Source of the DNA: an uncultured Methanomicrobiaceae archaeon
Lineage (GTDB): Archaea; Halobacteriota; Methanomicrobia; Methanomicrobiales; Methanoculleaceae
NCBI GenBank assembly: GCA_963826525.1
Contig: CAWGXH010000004.1
Location: forward strand, 864,001-928,000
Length of the DNA stretch: 64,000 nt
Direction: 5' to 3'
Both the position numbers and the translations under genes were made by a program. Shown here piece after piece: positions 1-10,038 of the stretch. Numbering within the stretch: position 1 is the first letter of the stretch; every line of letters begins with the position of its first letter. A model generated the notes under the pieces. It did not search any database. It had not been told where the DNA came from and saw only the letters and a list, made by a program, of their open reading frames with translations.

Positions 1-772
1 GAGCGCCAGCTTCTCGAGCATCGTCTCGCGCGGGTCACCGAGCAGGCCGGTACTGGGTCACGTGCTGCTCCTCGATCTCCGCGATCTCAGCATAGAGTTT
101 GCGGGCAAGGTCTTCGGGATACATATACCCGTGTGATTTGTAGAAGAGCTCGGTCTGCTGCTCGCCCGAGACGATGGTGATGTAGTTCATCTTCGTCTTG
201 ATGTCTGCCGAATTCTTGTCGTAGTGCTTGCGCATGGAATCGTCGGGGTGGCGGTGCTCAATGCTCGTCGGCCTGCCCGGTTTCGCCTCGGTTTTGCCCT
301 GCGTGATCGAGTCGGGGTCGTTTCCCTCGAGGATCTCGAGCAGGCAGCCGTAGCGGTAGAGATGATCGAAGTCCTCAATCAGGGCAAAGTCGAGAACCGA
401 CTTGACGTACGGGTCGGGCTCGTTCTTCGCAAGGTTGGCAGTGAGGTCGACCGCCACCTGCTCGTAGCCGATCGTCGTCTCGAGCACGGACTGATCGGCC
501 GGGTTGAGCCAGTTCACCGTCTGCTGCTGCTGCGAATCGGCACGCCGAATGAGAGCAAGTTTTCGCCTAATCTCGGGCTCCTCGATCATCCGCTCCATGG
601 CGTGCGAGGTCAGCACGGCGTTGTTCTCGATCCCGTTCATGAGGATGACCCGCGTTCTGGTGTAGGCGTCGACTGACTGCTTGTCGTACGGGTCTTTGAC
701 CATCTCGTTCCAGCTCATGAACTGCTCTTCCATTGGCATTCCGTCCATCTCAAAAGGTTTGAACTGAGCCAT
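1..772 (-). CDS. Ferritin-like (diiron/dimanganese four-helix bundle) protein, continues past the window start; +1 frameshift near nt 49
   Basis: ATG at 772 preceded by AGGAGGG RBS. Contains ExxH-type helices (IGYEQVAVD, EDFDHLYRY, EIEEQHVTQY). Removing one base near nt 49 restores ...TQY-GLLGDPRETMLEKLAL to the window edge. Confidence 0.7.
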
Positions 773-1606
773 ACTCTTTTTCCCTCCTGGGCATCCCGGT
801 TCGCCGGATCGCATCGCGGCGGGTGGAGCGGTGAGGATGGGTGATCCCGGCACACACTCCGAAACCTCCGGGGCCTGCCCCCATGCCTGCCAGTGCTGAT
901 AAAGTGTTCCCTCCGGGATCGGATAAGGTAGATAAACGGCAGAAATCCGATTGCGCCCTCTGCTCATCCCTGAGAGCCGGATGCCGGGGGTGGCCACTCC
1001 CCCTATGCAAGTTGTACACCGTAGGAGCGTGATTCTATGTGGGTTCTTCAAAAATGAGGTGGAGATACAGCGTGTACTGAAGGCGGCTCGGTACGGTTTT
1101 TATCGCCGGAACTCCGGCAGCTCGCTTACAGTCCGATCAGGCGCAGGCATGTCCCGAAGGTTAGCCCCGACATTGCCATGGTGGCGGAGAGGGCTGCAAG
1201 CGTCACACAGTTGAGCAGGGGACCGATGGCGATAGAGGTATACGTCGGGTTGAGGTGCAGGCGTCGCACCGCCCGCACCGGCGTTGCGGTCGGCGAGATG
1301 GCTGGCCGGTACCGTTTGATCTTTACCATACTCATTTCACCCCGTGTGGTCTTCTCATCAGGAGTGCACCTGATGGTATACGGGTTTTCTCTCCGTCCGG
1401 ATATATATGGGTTTGCATTATCCGGCCCTGCTGGATAATGCCTGGCGAACTGAAATGCGAACGGAAGCACGACGCAGATGGAGAGTCTGTTCTCCCTGCA
1501 GATCGATCACGATACGGTTCCCGGGTATGCGGGGTTGCCGCGGATGCGATACCTTTATCAATAGCAAAAGACGCCCGTATATGATGGCAATCAGGAAGCC
1601 CCGCAC

Positions 1607-1780
1607 ATGAACCGGTTGTTACGTACACTCATCTACGGGGCCGTAGCTCTCGCCGTCTACTCAGGGATCAGCTTCTGGCTCTCCGGGCGGGTAAACTGGG
1701 TGCTGGCCGCCGGGACCGCAGTCGGCATCATGCTGGCATCCTATTTCGTCGTCCGGGATCCGGAGGCCCGATCCCCCTAA
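1607..1780 (+). CDS. Small two-helix membrane protein (57 aa), below the ORF-track cutoff
   Basis: Hand translation: MNRLLRTLIYGAVALAVYSGISFWLSGRVNWVLAAGTAVGIMLASYFVVRDPEARSP*, two hydrophobic segments. Confidence 0.55.
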   Translation: MNRLLRTLIYGAVALAVYSGISFWLSGRVNWVLAAGTAVGIMLASYFVVRDPEARSP

Positions 1781-1872
1781 ACCGCCAGGCGGGGGTCGCC
1801 CGGAGATCCCGGGATTGCGGAGAAAGGCTTTCCGGAGCGGCGGACGATCTTCGGGGGAGGAGGGATGAACGG

Positions 1873-3174
1873 GTGCTCGGCAATGTGAAGGCGGAATGGG
1901 ACAGGCTCCGGACGGTCGTCGTGCATCGGCCGGGAATCGAGATGTTCTTCGGACTGCTGGAGCCGCACGATGCCCTCTACGAACGGGCGTTTAGCCGGTA
2001 CGAAGCACGGCGCGAGCATGAGCAGATGGAGTACATCCTCAAACGAGAGCTCGGCGTCACCGTCATGCGGCTAAAGGAGACCCTCCTTGCCGCTGCCGAT
2101 AGGAACCCGGAGTTCCGCAAAAAACTCGTCGATCAGGCATATGAGACCGTCACCTTCTCCGGGAGCCGGGAGGACCTTGCGGCTGCACGAGAGACGTACT
2201 ACCGGAATGCCGATGCCCTTGACGCACAGCACTTCTTCACCCTTCTCCTCATGCACCCGCTCATCGAACTTGGATCAGACGGAGGAGGGGGTGGTATCCG
2301 TCTGGACGAGATGGGGCGCCAGCCGCTTGCGAACCTCTATTTCATGAGGGACCAGCAGGTAGTGACGCCCCGCGGCCTGGTCACATCAAGGATGGCAAAG
2401 CCGCAGCGCCAGCGCGAACCCATGATTACGAAACTCCTCTGGGAAGTCCTCGGCCTTCCCGTCCTCACCGCGATCCGGCCGCCCGGAACCTTCGAAGGCG
2501 GGGATTTCATGCCGATGAATGAGTTTGCGCTCATCGGGCTCGGCAACCGGACAGATCGCGCAGGAATCTCGCAGTTTCTCGCCGCCGATCCCGGGTTCGA
2601 CGAGGTCGCCGTCGTTCACCAACCCGCACACCCGCTTATCCCGAGCGATCGCCCCGACCCTATGATCACGATGCACCTTGACACCTACTTCAATGTCGCC
2701 TCGAGCAGTGTGGTCATCGGGTCGGAACCGCTGCTGAAGAGGGCGAGCGTGGAGGTATGCCACCGCACAGGTCCCGGAACATACGAGTGCATGGGTCCGG
2801 CGACCGACCTTGCCGCCTACATTCGGGAGAAGGGATTTACCGTCATCGACCTTTCGACGCTCGAGCAGCTCTCCTACGCACCGAACGTCCTCTGTATCCG
2901 TGACGGGATCATCCTCACTGTCGAAGGGGAGCGTATCATGAAGACAGTCCTTGAAAACCTCGCGGAAAAAGCATCCGCCGATCCGCTCCGCTATGGGGCA
3001 CTCCTATCAGAGGCTATGGCCGATTACCGGCATATCCGGAGCGAGGGGCAGTTCTTCCCCCATAAGAAGGAGTTCTACGAGCACGACATCGAGATCTACC
3101 CGCTGAAGCTCGAGAATCTGACCGGTGGTTACGGGGGGCCGCACTGCATGACCTCCGTCCTCGAGAGGCGGTGA
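1873..3174 (+). CDS. arcA: Arginine deiminase family protein
   Basis: AEWDRLRTVVVHRPGIE N-terminus, NLYFMRD, FEGGD, MHLDT and GGYGGPHCMT catalytic motifs (Asp/His/Cys). Confidence 0.9.
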   Translation: MLGNVKAEWDRLRTVVVHRPGIEMFFGLLEPHDALYERAFSRYEARREHEQMEYILKRELGVTVMRLKETLLAAADRNPEFRKKLVDQAYETVTFSGSREDLAAARETYYRNADALDAQHFFTLLLMHPLIELGSDGGGGGIRLDEMGRQPLANLYFMRDQQVVTPRGLVTSRMAKPQRQREPMITKLLWEVLGLPVLTAIRPPGTFEGGDFMPMNEFALIGLGNRTDRAGISQFLAADPGFDEVAVVHQPAHPLIPSDRPDPMITMHLDTYFNVASSSVVIGSEPLLKRASVEVCHRTGPGTYECMGPATDLAAYIREKGFTVIDLSTLEQLSYAPNVLCIRDGIILTVEGERIMKTVLENLAEKASADPLRYGALLSEAMADYRHIRSEGQFFPHKKEFYEHDIEIYPLKLENLTGGYGGPHCMTSVLERR

Positions 3175-3177
3175 TGC

Positions 3178-4119
3178 ATGATGGAAAAATGCGTCCTCAT
3201 CGCACTCGGCGGCAACGCCATCCTGCGGCACCAGGATACCGGCACGGCAGAAGAACAGTTTGCCACCGTCCGGCGGACGTGCCGGCAGATCCGGGAGATC
3301 ATCGAGGACGGCTATACCGTCGCCATCACTCACGGCAACGGCCCGCAGGTCGGCGACATCCTGCTGAAGAACGAGCTTGCACGGGATACGCTCCCGCCGA
3401 TGCCGCTTGATATCTGCGGTGCCGAGAGCCAGGGAATGATCGGTTATATGCTCCAGCAGTCGATGGATCGGGAACTGGCAGAAGCAGGGCTTCGCATACC
3501 GGTCGTCACCGTGCTCTCTCAGACACTCGTCCGCCGGGATGATCCGGCGTTTAACAACCCTGCAAAGCCGATAGGGCCGTACTACACGGCGATGCAGGCA
3601 TCGCGGCTTTCGGAGGAGAAGGGATGGCGGATGGCGAACGAACCGGGGCGTGGGTATCGCCGGGTGGTTCCCTCACCCGAACCGGTCGCCCTCGTCGAAG
3701 CCGGTGCCATAAAGACGCTCGTTCGCCTCGGAACGATCGTCATCGCCTGCGGAGGGGGAGGCGTTCCGGTGGTCGTCGGCGATGCGGGTCTCCGGGGGGT
3801 GGAGGCGGTCGTGGACAAAGACCATACGGCAGCGCTCTTCGCTGCGCTTATCGACGCGGACGACCTGCTGATTCTGACCGACGTGGAGAAGGTAGCACGG
3901 AACTTCGGCAGACCCGATCAGGTCGACCTCGACACCCTGACAGTTGCCGGGGCGAAGGAATATCTCAACGGAGGGGAGTTTCCGCCGGGAACGATGGGGC
4001 CGAAGATCGAGGCGGCGATCCGCTTTGTCGAGTCGGGGGGAGAGCGGACGATCATCACTTCCCTTCCCCGCGCGCGTGACGCGCTTGCCGGCCTTGCGGG
4101 AACAACCGTCTCGAGGTGA
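3178..4119 (+). CDS. arcC: Carbamate kinase
   Basis: ALGGNA, THGNGPQVG, GAESQGMIGY, KPIGP, RRVVPSPEP, GGGGVPV, VDKD, GTMGPKIEAA. Confidence 0.95.
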   Translation: MMEKCVLIALGGNAILRHQDTGTAEEQFATVRRTCRQIREIIEDGYTVAITHGNGPQVGDILLKNELARDTLPPMPLDICGAESQGMIGYMLQQSMDRELAEAGLRIPVVTVLSQTLVRRDDPAFNNPAKPIGPYYTAMQASRLSEEKGWRMANEPGRGYRRVVPSPEPVALVEAGAIKTLVRLGTIVIACGGGGVPVVVGDAGLRGVEAVVDKDHTAALFAALIDADDLLILTDVEKVARNFGRPDQVDLDTLTVAGAKEYLNGGEFPPGTMGPKIEAAIRFVESGGERTIITSLPRARDALAGLAGTTVSR

Positions 4120-4222
4120 TGTATTTTTTGATCTCGCCGGTTTTAAGCAGATATTTCTCTGCTGCCGGGAGAGCGAACTTTTATCTCTACGACCCCCTAT
4201 ACCGCCCCTCCGGTGAGAGATT

Positions 4223-4573
4223 ATGGCAGAGGTATACGGTAACTTCTGGACGGGTGTAGTGGTAGGCTGGATTGTAATGGTCATTCTCGGGGCTCTGCTC
4301 CCGGTACTCGGCCCGATAATCGGCGGATTTGTAGCCGGTTGGATCGCCAGGGGCGGAACAGGAGGGGGCGCGAAGGCCGGGGCGGTCGCAGGCATCTTCG
4401 GTGCCATCGTCATTGCCGTCATCCTGATCGTCTTCGGCACTGCCCTGCTCGGAGGAATCGGATTCCTTGCAGGTCTCGGGACGTCCATCGTGGTCATCAT
4501 CTCGACGTTCCTGTACTTCGGCATCCTCGGCCTTATCGGCGGCGCCATTGCGGGAGCGGTACGGACGACCTGA
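4223..4573 (+). CDS. Gly-rich small membrane protein (DUF5518-like)
   Basis: 116 aa, about four Gly-rich TM helices with GPIIGGFVAGWIA and GAKAGAVAGIFG patterns. Confidence 0.7.
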   Translation: MAEVYGNFWTGVVVGWIVMVILGALLPVLGPIIGGFVAGWIARGGTGGGAKAGAVAGIFGAIVIAVILIVFGTALLGGIGFLAGLGTSIVVIISTFLYFGILGLIGGAIAGAVRTT

Positions 4574-4772
4574 TCCCGGTCAGATCCTTCGCGCAGAGAT
4601 TGACGGATGGTGCGGATCTATCGTCCGCACCGTCTATTATACGGTTTTAAAGGTCATCTTCGCGCAGGATCTCATCTTCTCCGCAACTGGCCAAACCCTC
4701 GGGGGGCGCCTGCGGAGCGCTGAGAGCACGATGCTCCGGCTCTCCCTCCGGAGGCGGTGAGCCCCGCTCCCT

Positions 4773-5970
4773 TCAGGCGGCGAAACCTGCACCTCGCTGC
4801 ATTCTGCACATCCAGATATACGCGATAACGGCCACGACCTCGACGAACAGGACGTAGGTGACGATGTGGGCGACAGAGATCTCGTAGAGGACGCCCATCA
4901 CGACGCTGCCCATGAACCATGCCGTGCCGAAGACTGCGTTCAGGATACTCGTATGCCTGACCCCGCCGGTCTACGTGGTGACGTCTGCAATCGTCGCCCT
5001 GATGGCTGGCTTGTAGATCCCGATCCCCAGATCAGCGCCCCTGCAAGAACGAAGCCGATGCCGGGCGCGAAGGCCAGGATCGCGGTGAATATGCTGATCA
5101 TAGGGATGACGATCAGCGTCCGCGCCCCGAAGCGGTCGTAGACTCTTCCGGTGGCGAGTGCGACGATAACCGAGACGACCATCGCAACTGCATACAGGAG
5201 AGGTATCCCGGCGTCGGGGAAGATGGCCTCTGTCTTCAGGTGGTATGATATGAGGGGGAAGTTTGCAAACCCGGCCATGCCGAGGAAGATGAAGGTCGCA
5301 TACGGGAGAAGGTCGGGGAGATCGCCTCCCGTGCTCCCGGGTGCAGGAGGGGTGCGGCTCGTTTCGAGGCGCCGGGGTTTCGGAACTGCCGCCTGTGCGG
5401 CAACGAGGGTGATGAACAGGAAGACCAGCGGGACGCCGAGGATAAGAAATCCCTGCCCGTAGCCTCCGGTCAGGTAGACGGCGGCCGCCAGGGTTATGGG
5501 GCCGATGATCGCCCCGATCTGATCGAGGGCTTTGTGCACGCCGAATCCCCACCCGCGCCCTATCACTGTCGTGGCATGCGAGAGCATGGTATCCCGTGCC
5601 GGCGTCCGTATGGCCTTGCCGACCCGCTCGAGGATGATCAGCATGCAGCCTCCCAGTTCTCGACGAGAGCCAGAAGAGGGATTGCAATGAGCAGCCCGTA
5701 GCCGATAAGCGCCATCGTCCAGTAGTGGCGGCTCTGGTCGACGTACACTCCGGTTGCAAAACGGAGTGCATAGCCGACGAACTCTCCAAGCCCTGCGACG
5801 AGCCCGACGACGGCGGCACCGGCGCCAAGGAGATCGAGGTAGGTTCCGGTGGCGCTCCGGGCTCCGTTGGAGACAAGACTCCCGCAAAGGCTCACGACCC
5901 CGAGGAGAATGATGAGCCGAAATGATAGATCTTTGAGTGCTCCGGAAGACGGTCTCCTGCCGCCAGCCAT
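4773..5970 (-). pseudogene. MFS transporter broken by several frameshifts (about 5645, 5020, 4950); pseudogene or sequencing errors
   Basis: Consecutive fragments (LGAGAAVVGLVAGLGEFVGYALR; LERVGKAIRTPARD...FGVHKALDQIGAIIGP; ILNAVFGTAWFMGSVVMGVLYE) join into one MFS protein. Confidence 0.75.
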
Positions 5971-6160
5971 CACGCCCCTCCTTACGAAGTCTCTCTACTT
6001 GAGTGTATATGGCCGCCTACCGGGATGCAGCATGATACACCACACCGAATGCCTCGCCCCCTGCGCTGCCCGCCCTTTTATACGGGGAGAAGGCGTATCT
6101 AATCGCATCAAATAGAATGATCCTCTGCACGGGATCTGTTATCAGGGAGGAGGAGAGGTT

Positions 6161-7552
6161 ATGGATCAGTCCATGGCACCATCATATTCACGCACGCTCA
6201 TTCTTATTCTTGTCACCATCGCCACATTTCTAAACCCGTTCACCGGTTCTGCTATCAACCTCGCTCTCCCCGCCATCGGGTCGGAGTTTACCGTCGATGC
6301 GGCCACCCTTGCATGGGTATCGAGCTCGTATCTCCTCGCTTCCGTCATCTTTCTCCTGCCTGCTGGCCGCCTCGGGGACTCCCGGGGGCGGATCCGGGTC
6401 TTCCTCTTCGGAACCGTCGTCTACACGGCAGGCTCCCTGCTGACCCTGCTCACCGCATCGATAGAGATGCTCCTCGTCTTCCGGTTCCTGCAGGGAATTG
6501 GGGGCGCGATGATCTTCGCAAACAGTGTGGCGCTCATCACCCATCTCTACCCCCCCGGAGAGCGGGGATACGCCATCGGTATCAACGTGACGGCGGTCTA
6601 TGCAGGCCTCTCCCTCGGCCCGTTCCTCGGCGGCCTCTTCACCCAGTTTTTCGGGTGGCGGAGCATCTTTCTCGTCACTGCCGTGATGGCGATACCGGTG
6701 CTGCTCTACGCCGGAAAGTTCCCTGCCTTCTTGAACGAGCGACAGCACGCTCACTTCGACGTCCCCGGTCTGCTCCTCTCGTCGGTCTTCCTCTTCTGCT
6801 TCTTCATTGGGCTCACCCTGGCGACCACGGTCGCGGGGATGGTGCTCCTCGCCGTCTCGCTTGCCCTCGGCATCGCTTTCTATCTGGTCGAAAAACGGCA
6901 GCCTTCCCCGCTTCTCCCGATATCGATCCTCGAAGAGAACCGGGTCTTCGCCTTCTCGAATGCAGCTGCGCTGATAAACTACAGCGCCACTTTTGCGGTA
7001 GCCTTTCTCCTCTCGCTCTACCTCCAGTACATCCGGGGATTTGAGCCGGCGGCTGCGGGAGCGCTCCTCCTGATCCAGCCGGTCATACAGGTCTTCGTCG
7101 CCCCCGTCTCCGGCCGCCTCTCGGATCGGATGCTGCCGGGCTACGTCGCCTCGATAGGTCTTGCCGTCTCGGCCGTCGGTCTCTTCGGCCTCTCGCTGCT
7201 CACCCCGGAGACGCCGATCGAGGCGATCGCCGCCCTGCTCCTGATCGTCGGTATCGGCCTCGGTCTCTTCTCCTCTCCGAATACAAATGCCGTCATGAGT
7301 AGCGTGGAACCCCGCTCCTACGGCAGCGCATCCGCGATGGTGGCGACCATGCGGTCGTTCGGGATGATGGTGAGCATGGGAACGGTCATGGTGATCTTCG
7401 CCGTCATCATGGGCGGAACGACGGTAAGCCCCGAGATCTTCCCGGAGTTTCTGGCGAGCATGCAGGTGAGTTTCACTGTCTTCTTCGTCCTCACCGTCCT
7501 CGGTATCTTCCTCTCCCTTCAGCGGAACCGGACTGCCGCAGCCGAACCGTAA
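6161..7552 (+). CDS. MFS transporter, DHA2/EmrB-like, about 14 TM
   Basis: NLALPAI, GRLGDSRGR motif A, RFLQGIGGA, GPFLGG, GWRSIF, SGRLSDR. Confidence 0.9.
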   Translation: MDQSMAPSYSRTLILILVTIATFLNPFTGSAINLALPAIGSEFTVDAATLAWVSSSYLLASVIFLLPAGRLGDSRGRIRVFLFGTVVYTAGSLLTLLTASIEMLLVFRFLQGIGGAMIFANSVALITHLYPPGERGYAIGINVTAVYAGLSLGPFLGGLFTQFFGWRSIFLVTAVMAIPVLLYAGKFPAFLNERQHAHFDVPGLLLSSVFLFCFFIGLTLATTVAGMVLLAVSLALGIAFYLVEKRQPSPLLPISILEENRVFAFSNAAALINYSATFAVAFLLSLYLQYIRGFEPAAAGALLLIQPVIQVFVAPVSGRLSDRMLPGYVASIGLAVSAVGLFGLSLLTPETPIEAIAALLLIVGIGLGLFSSPNTNAVMSSVEPRSYGSASAMVATMRSFGMMVSMGTVMVIFAVIMGGTTVSPEIFPEFLASMQVSFTVFFVLTVLGIFLSLQRNRTAAAEP

Positions 7553-7670
7553 ATGAGGTTTCGTTGGTGTCGACGGGTGGAAGTGGCGTAAAATCGATAG
7601 CCCCCGGATGGTTACGCCGATCCAGGATGGGAACGGTTAAACCTCTGCGTGTCCTGTGATCAGATATCGA

Positions 7671-9266
7671 ATGGAGCTCGTGATCGGGAAGATGGGAGAC
7701 CGCGAGATTGCGGTCGATGCCCAGGAACTTGTGACGGGGCGTACCTGCATCATCGCGCAGTCCGGGGCAGGAAAGAGCTGGAGCATTGCCGTTCTCTGCG
7801 AACAGCTCTGCAAGGCTGGTATCGGGTTCTGCCTCATCGATACGGAAGGGGAGTACAGCTCCCTGAAAGACCGGTTCGACCTGCTCTGGGTTGGTTCGGG
7901 CGACGACTGCGATGTGGATATCGAACGGGTCGACCTTCCGGAGCTGATGGGAAACGCCATCCGATCGGGCACTGCGGTGATCTACGACGTCTCTGAGACG
8001 GCTATGCAGGAGAAGGTTGCCGAGTTCACCACGGTACTCTACGATCTCGAATCAGGACTTCGAAAACCGTATCTGCTCATCGTTGAAGAGGCGGACAAGT
8101 TCATCCCCCAGTCGGGCGAGTCGATCAAGAAGATCGAGGAGATCTCCCGCCGGGGCAGGAAGCGGGGGCTCGGCCTTCTGGTCGCGACCCAGCGCCCGTC
8201 GCTCGTCGTCAAGAACGTCCTCTCGCAATGCAACAACCAGATTATCGGGAAGCTCTCCATCGAGAACGATCTCAAGGCGGTGAGTGTCTTCTTCGGGTCA
8301 CGAAAAGAGGTCGAAGAACTTTCGACGCTTGAACCGGGTGACTTTTTCGTGATGGGGGGAATTTCGCGGGAAAAGGTGAAGATGAAGTTTGCGGGACGGG
8401 AGACCGAGCACCGGGGACTGACCCCGACGCTTTCGCCTGCGAAGTCCAGCCGGCAGAAGAAGCCCCGCCCGCCGCCGGCACCGCCGGTTCAGGCAACCGC
8501 TCCACGTCCAGTGGCGACAGGGCCTTCCGGAGGCGAGGCAATCGTTCCCGTCCTGATCCGTGAAGAGGCGATCGATATCGCGAAGGGAAAACGAAGGCGT
8601 AGACTCCCGTTCCTCGAGCCTGAGGAGCGGATCGTTGCTGCGGAGACGGTCTACTGGCCGCTTGCACTCGTCGAGGTGCGGTACATCGGCGGCCTGCTGC
8701 GGAGATCGACCAAGGCCGCATCGTTCCTCATCGAGCTCGTCTCCGGGCAGTTCGCCTCGGTGAGCCGCGGCATGAAGATTATGCCCGGCGTCGCCGAGCT
8801 CGTGGGGCTTGACGAGACGGCGGTGAGAGCGATCGCCCACCTGCCGTCAGGGGGCTCGACGCTCCCCGAGATGGAGGCTGATCTCCGCCAGCCGCCCACT
8901 GTGGTGAAGAAGGCGGTGAAGGAACTTGAGAAGCGAAAGCTCGTCACCGAGGTGAGGGCGCCGGGCGAGGCAACCCTCTACATGCCGCTCCTGCTCCACG
9001 AGATTCCGCGGCTCTCGTCCCTGCGCCAGAGCCTGGAGGTGAAGACTGAACCGCTCCGGGAACCGGGAAGACCGGCAGAGATCCGCGAGGCCGACCTTCG
9101 TGGGCTCCTCAAAGCGATCGAGCCGACGCTCGAGATCACGGGGTGGAGGGCGGTCTACTATCCGGTCTACGAGATCCGGCTTGTTTCGTCGGACGGAGGG
9201 CGAACGCTCTTCCTCGACGGCATCTCCGGTAAGGAGCTGCCTCTCCCGCCCCGCCGGGAGCGCTGA
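7671..9266 (+). CDS. HerA/DUF87-family ATPase with Pro-rich linker and C-terminal region containing a winged-helix-like segment
   Basis: Walker A AQSGAGKS, IDTEGEY, Walker B LIVEEAD, RRGRKRG, ATQRPS. Likely start ATG at 7671. Confidence 0.8.
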   Translation: MELVIGKMGDREIAVDAQELVTGRTCIIAQSGAGKSWSIAVLCEQLCKAGIGFCLIDTEGEYSSLKDRFDLLWVGSGDDCDVDIERVDLPELMGNAIRSGTAVIYDVSETAMQEKVAEFTTVLYDLESGLRKPYLLIVEEADKFIPQSGESIKKIEEISRRGRKRGLGLLVATQRPSLVVKNVLSQCNNQIIGKLSIENDLKAVSVFFGSRKEVEELSTLEPGDFFVMGGISREKVKMKFAGRETEHRGLTPTLSPAKSSRQKKPRPPPAPPVQATAPRPVATGPSGGEAIVPVLIREEAIDIAKGKRRRRLPFLEPEERIVAAETVYWPLALVEVRYIGGLLRRSTKAASFLIELVSGQFASVSRGMKIMPGVAELVGLDETAVRAIAHLPSGGSTLPEMEADLRQPPTVVKKAVKELEKRKLVTEVRAPGEATLYMPLLLHEIPRLSSLRQSLEVKTEPLREPGRPAEIREADLRGLLKAIEPTLEITGWRAVYYPVYEIRLVSSDGGRTLFLDGISGKELPLPPRRER

Positions 9267-9351
9267 CGGAACCAGAGTCTTTATCTGGAGATACGGGCAA
9301 ACAGCAGATTTACTGACCTGACCTGCGTCGGGTTACTGGAAGATGAGGTAT

Positions 9352-9519
9352 ATGGACAGATGGAAGTGCACAAAGTGCGGCTACGTCTACGATCCGGTAT
9401 ATGGCGACCGTGATGGTGGGATAGCGGCGGGAACGGCTTTTGAGGATATTCCCGGGACATGGAAGTGCCCCCGATGCGGCGTTGGGAAGAACAAGTTTGT
9501 GAAGATCGAACCGAAGTGA
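9352..9519 (+). CDS. Rubredoxin (55 aa), missing from the ORF track
   Basis: [55 protein letters not shown]; CxxCGYxYDP and WxCPxCG motifs, GAGGT RBS. Confidence 0.95.
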   Translation: MDRWKCTKCGYVYDPVYGDRDGGIAAGTAFEDIPGTWKCPRCGVGKNKFVKIEPK

Positions 9520-9532
9520 GAGGCAGGTCGGA

Positions 9533-9976
9533 ATGCAGAGAGCGCTGATCGGAACCATCGCGTTCTGTCTGCTCCTGCTACTCATCTGCGGTGCTGGGTG
9601 CATCGGGCCTCAGGCGCAACCGCCTGCACCGACGCCTGACTTTCAGGCAGAGTCGGTGGGGTACAACGACCGGATTATCTTTCAGTTCGTCCCGGATACC
9701 GGAACCCCTGCGACCTACTTTGTGACCTACGAGATCACGCGGAACGGCACCACGGTGAGGTCGGAGACGCAGAGCGTCTACAATGCCGTCGATCGGACCA
9801 CTCCGATCGTGTTCACCGTCCAGCGTGAACCCGGTGACTCCGTCGCGATCGAGATCACCATCTTCAATGCGGACGGACGGGAGGTCTACGCGAGCGAGAT
9901 CACGGTGCGGAGCGGCATGGGTGATGAAAGCGTCGTTACGGAGAGCGCCGTGACCTCGGGAAGGACACTTCCCTGA
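9533..9976 (+). CDS. Hypothetical lipoprotein
   Basis: Hydrophobic N-terminus ending in lipobox-like GAGC, followed by a beta-rich domain. Confidence 0.7.
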   Translation: MQRALIGTIAFCLLLLLICGAGCIGPQAQPPAPTPDFQAESVGYNDRIIFQFVPDTGTPATYFVTYEITRNGTTVRSETQSVYNAVDRTTPIVFTVQREPGDSVAIEITIFNADGREVYASEITVRSGMGDESVVTESAVTSGRTLP

Positions 9977-10038
9977 TCTCTTCTGCTCCTACCGATTCGT
10001 GGCAGGAATGTGATCGCAAAAGATCTGTTGTTCTCATT

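Noticed and set aside
773-1600. Upstream extension of ORF 35..1051 and overlapping short ORFs at 1126-1628
   Set aside because: The real start is likely the ATG at 772 with an RBS. The other ORFs lack recognisable motifs and could not be supported.
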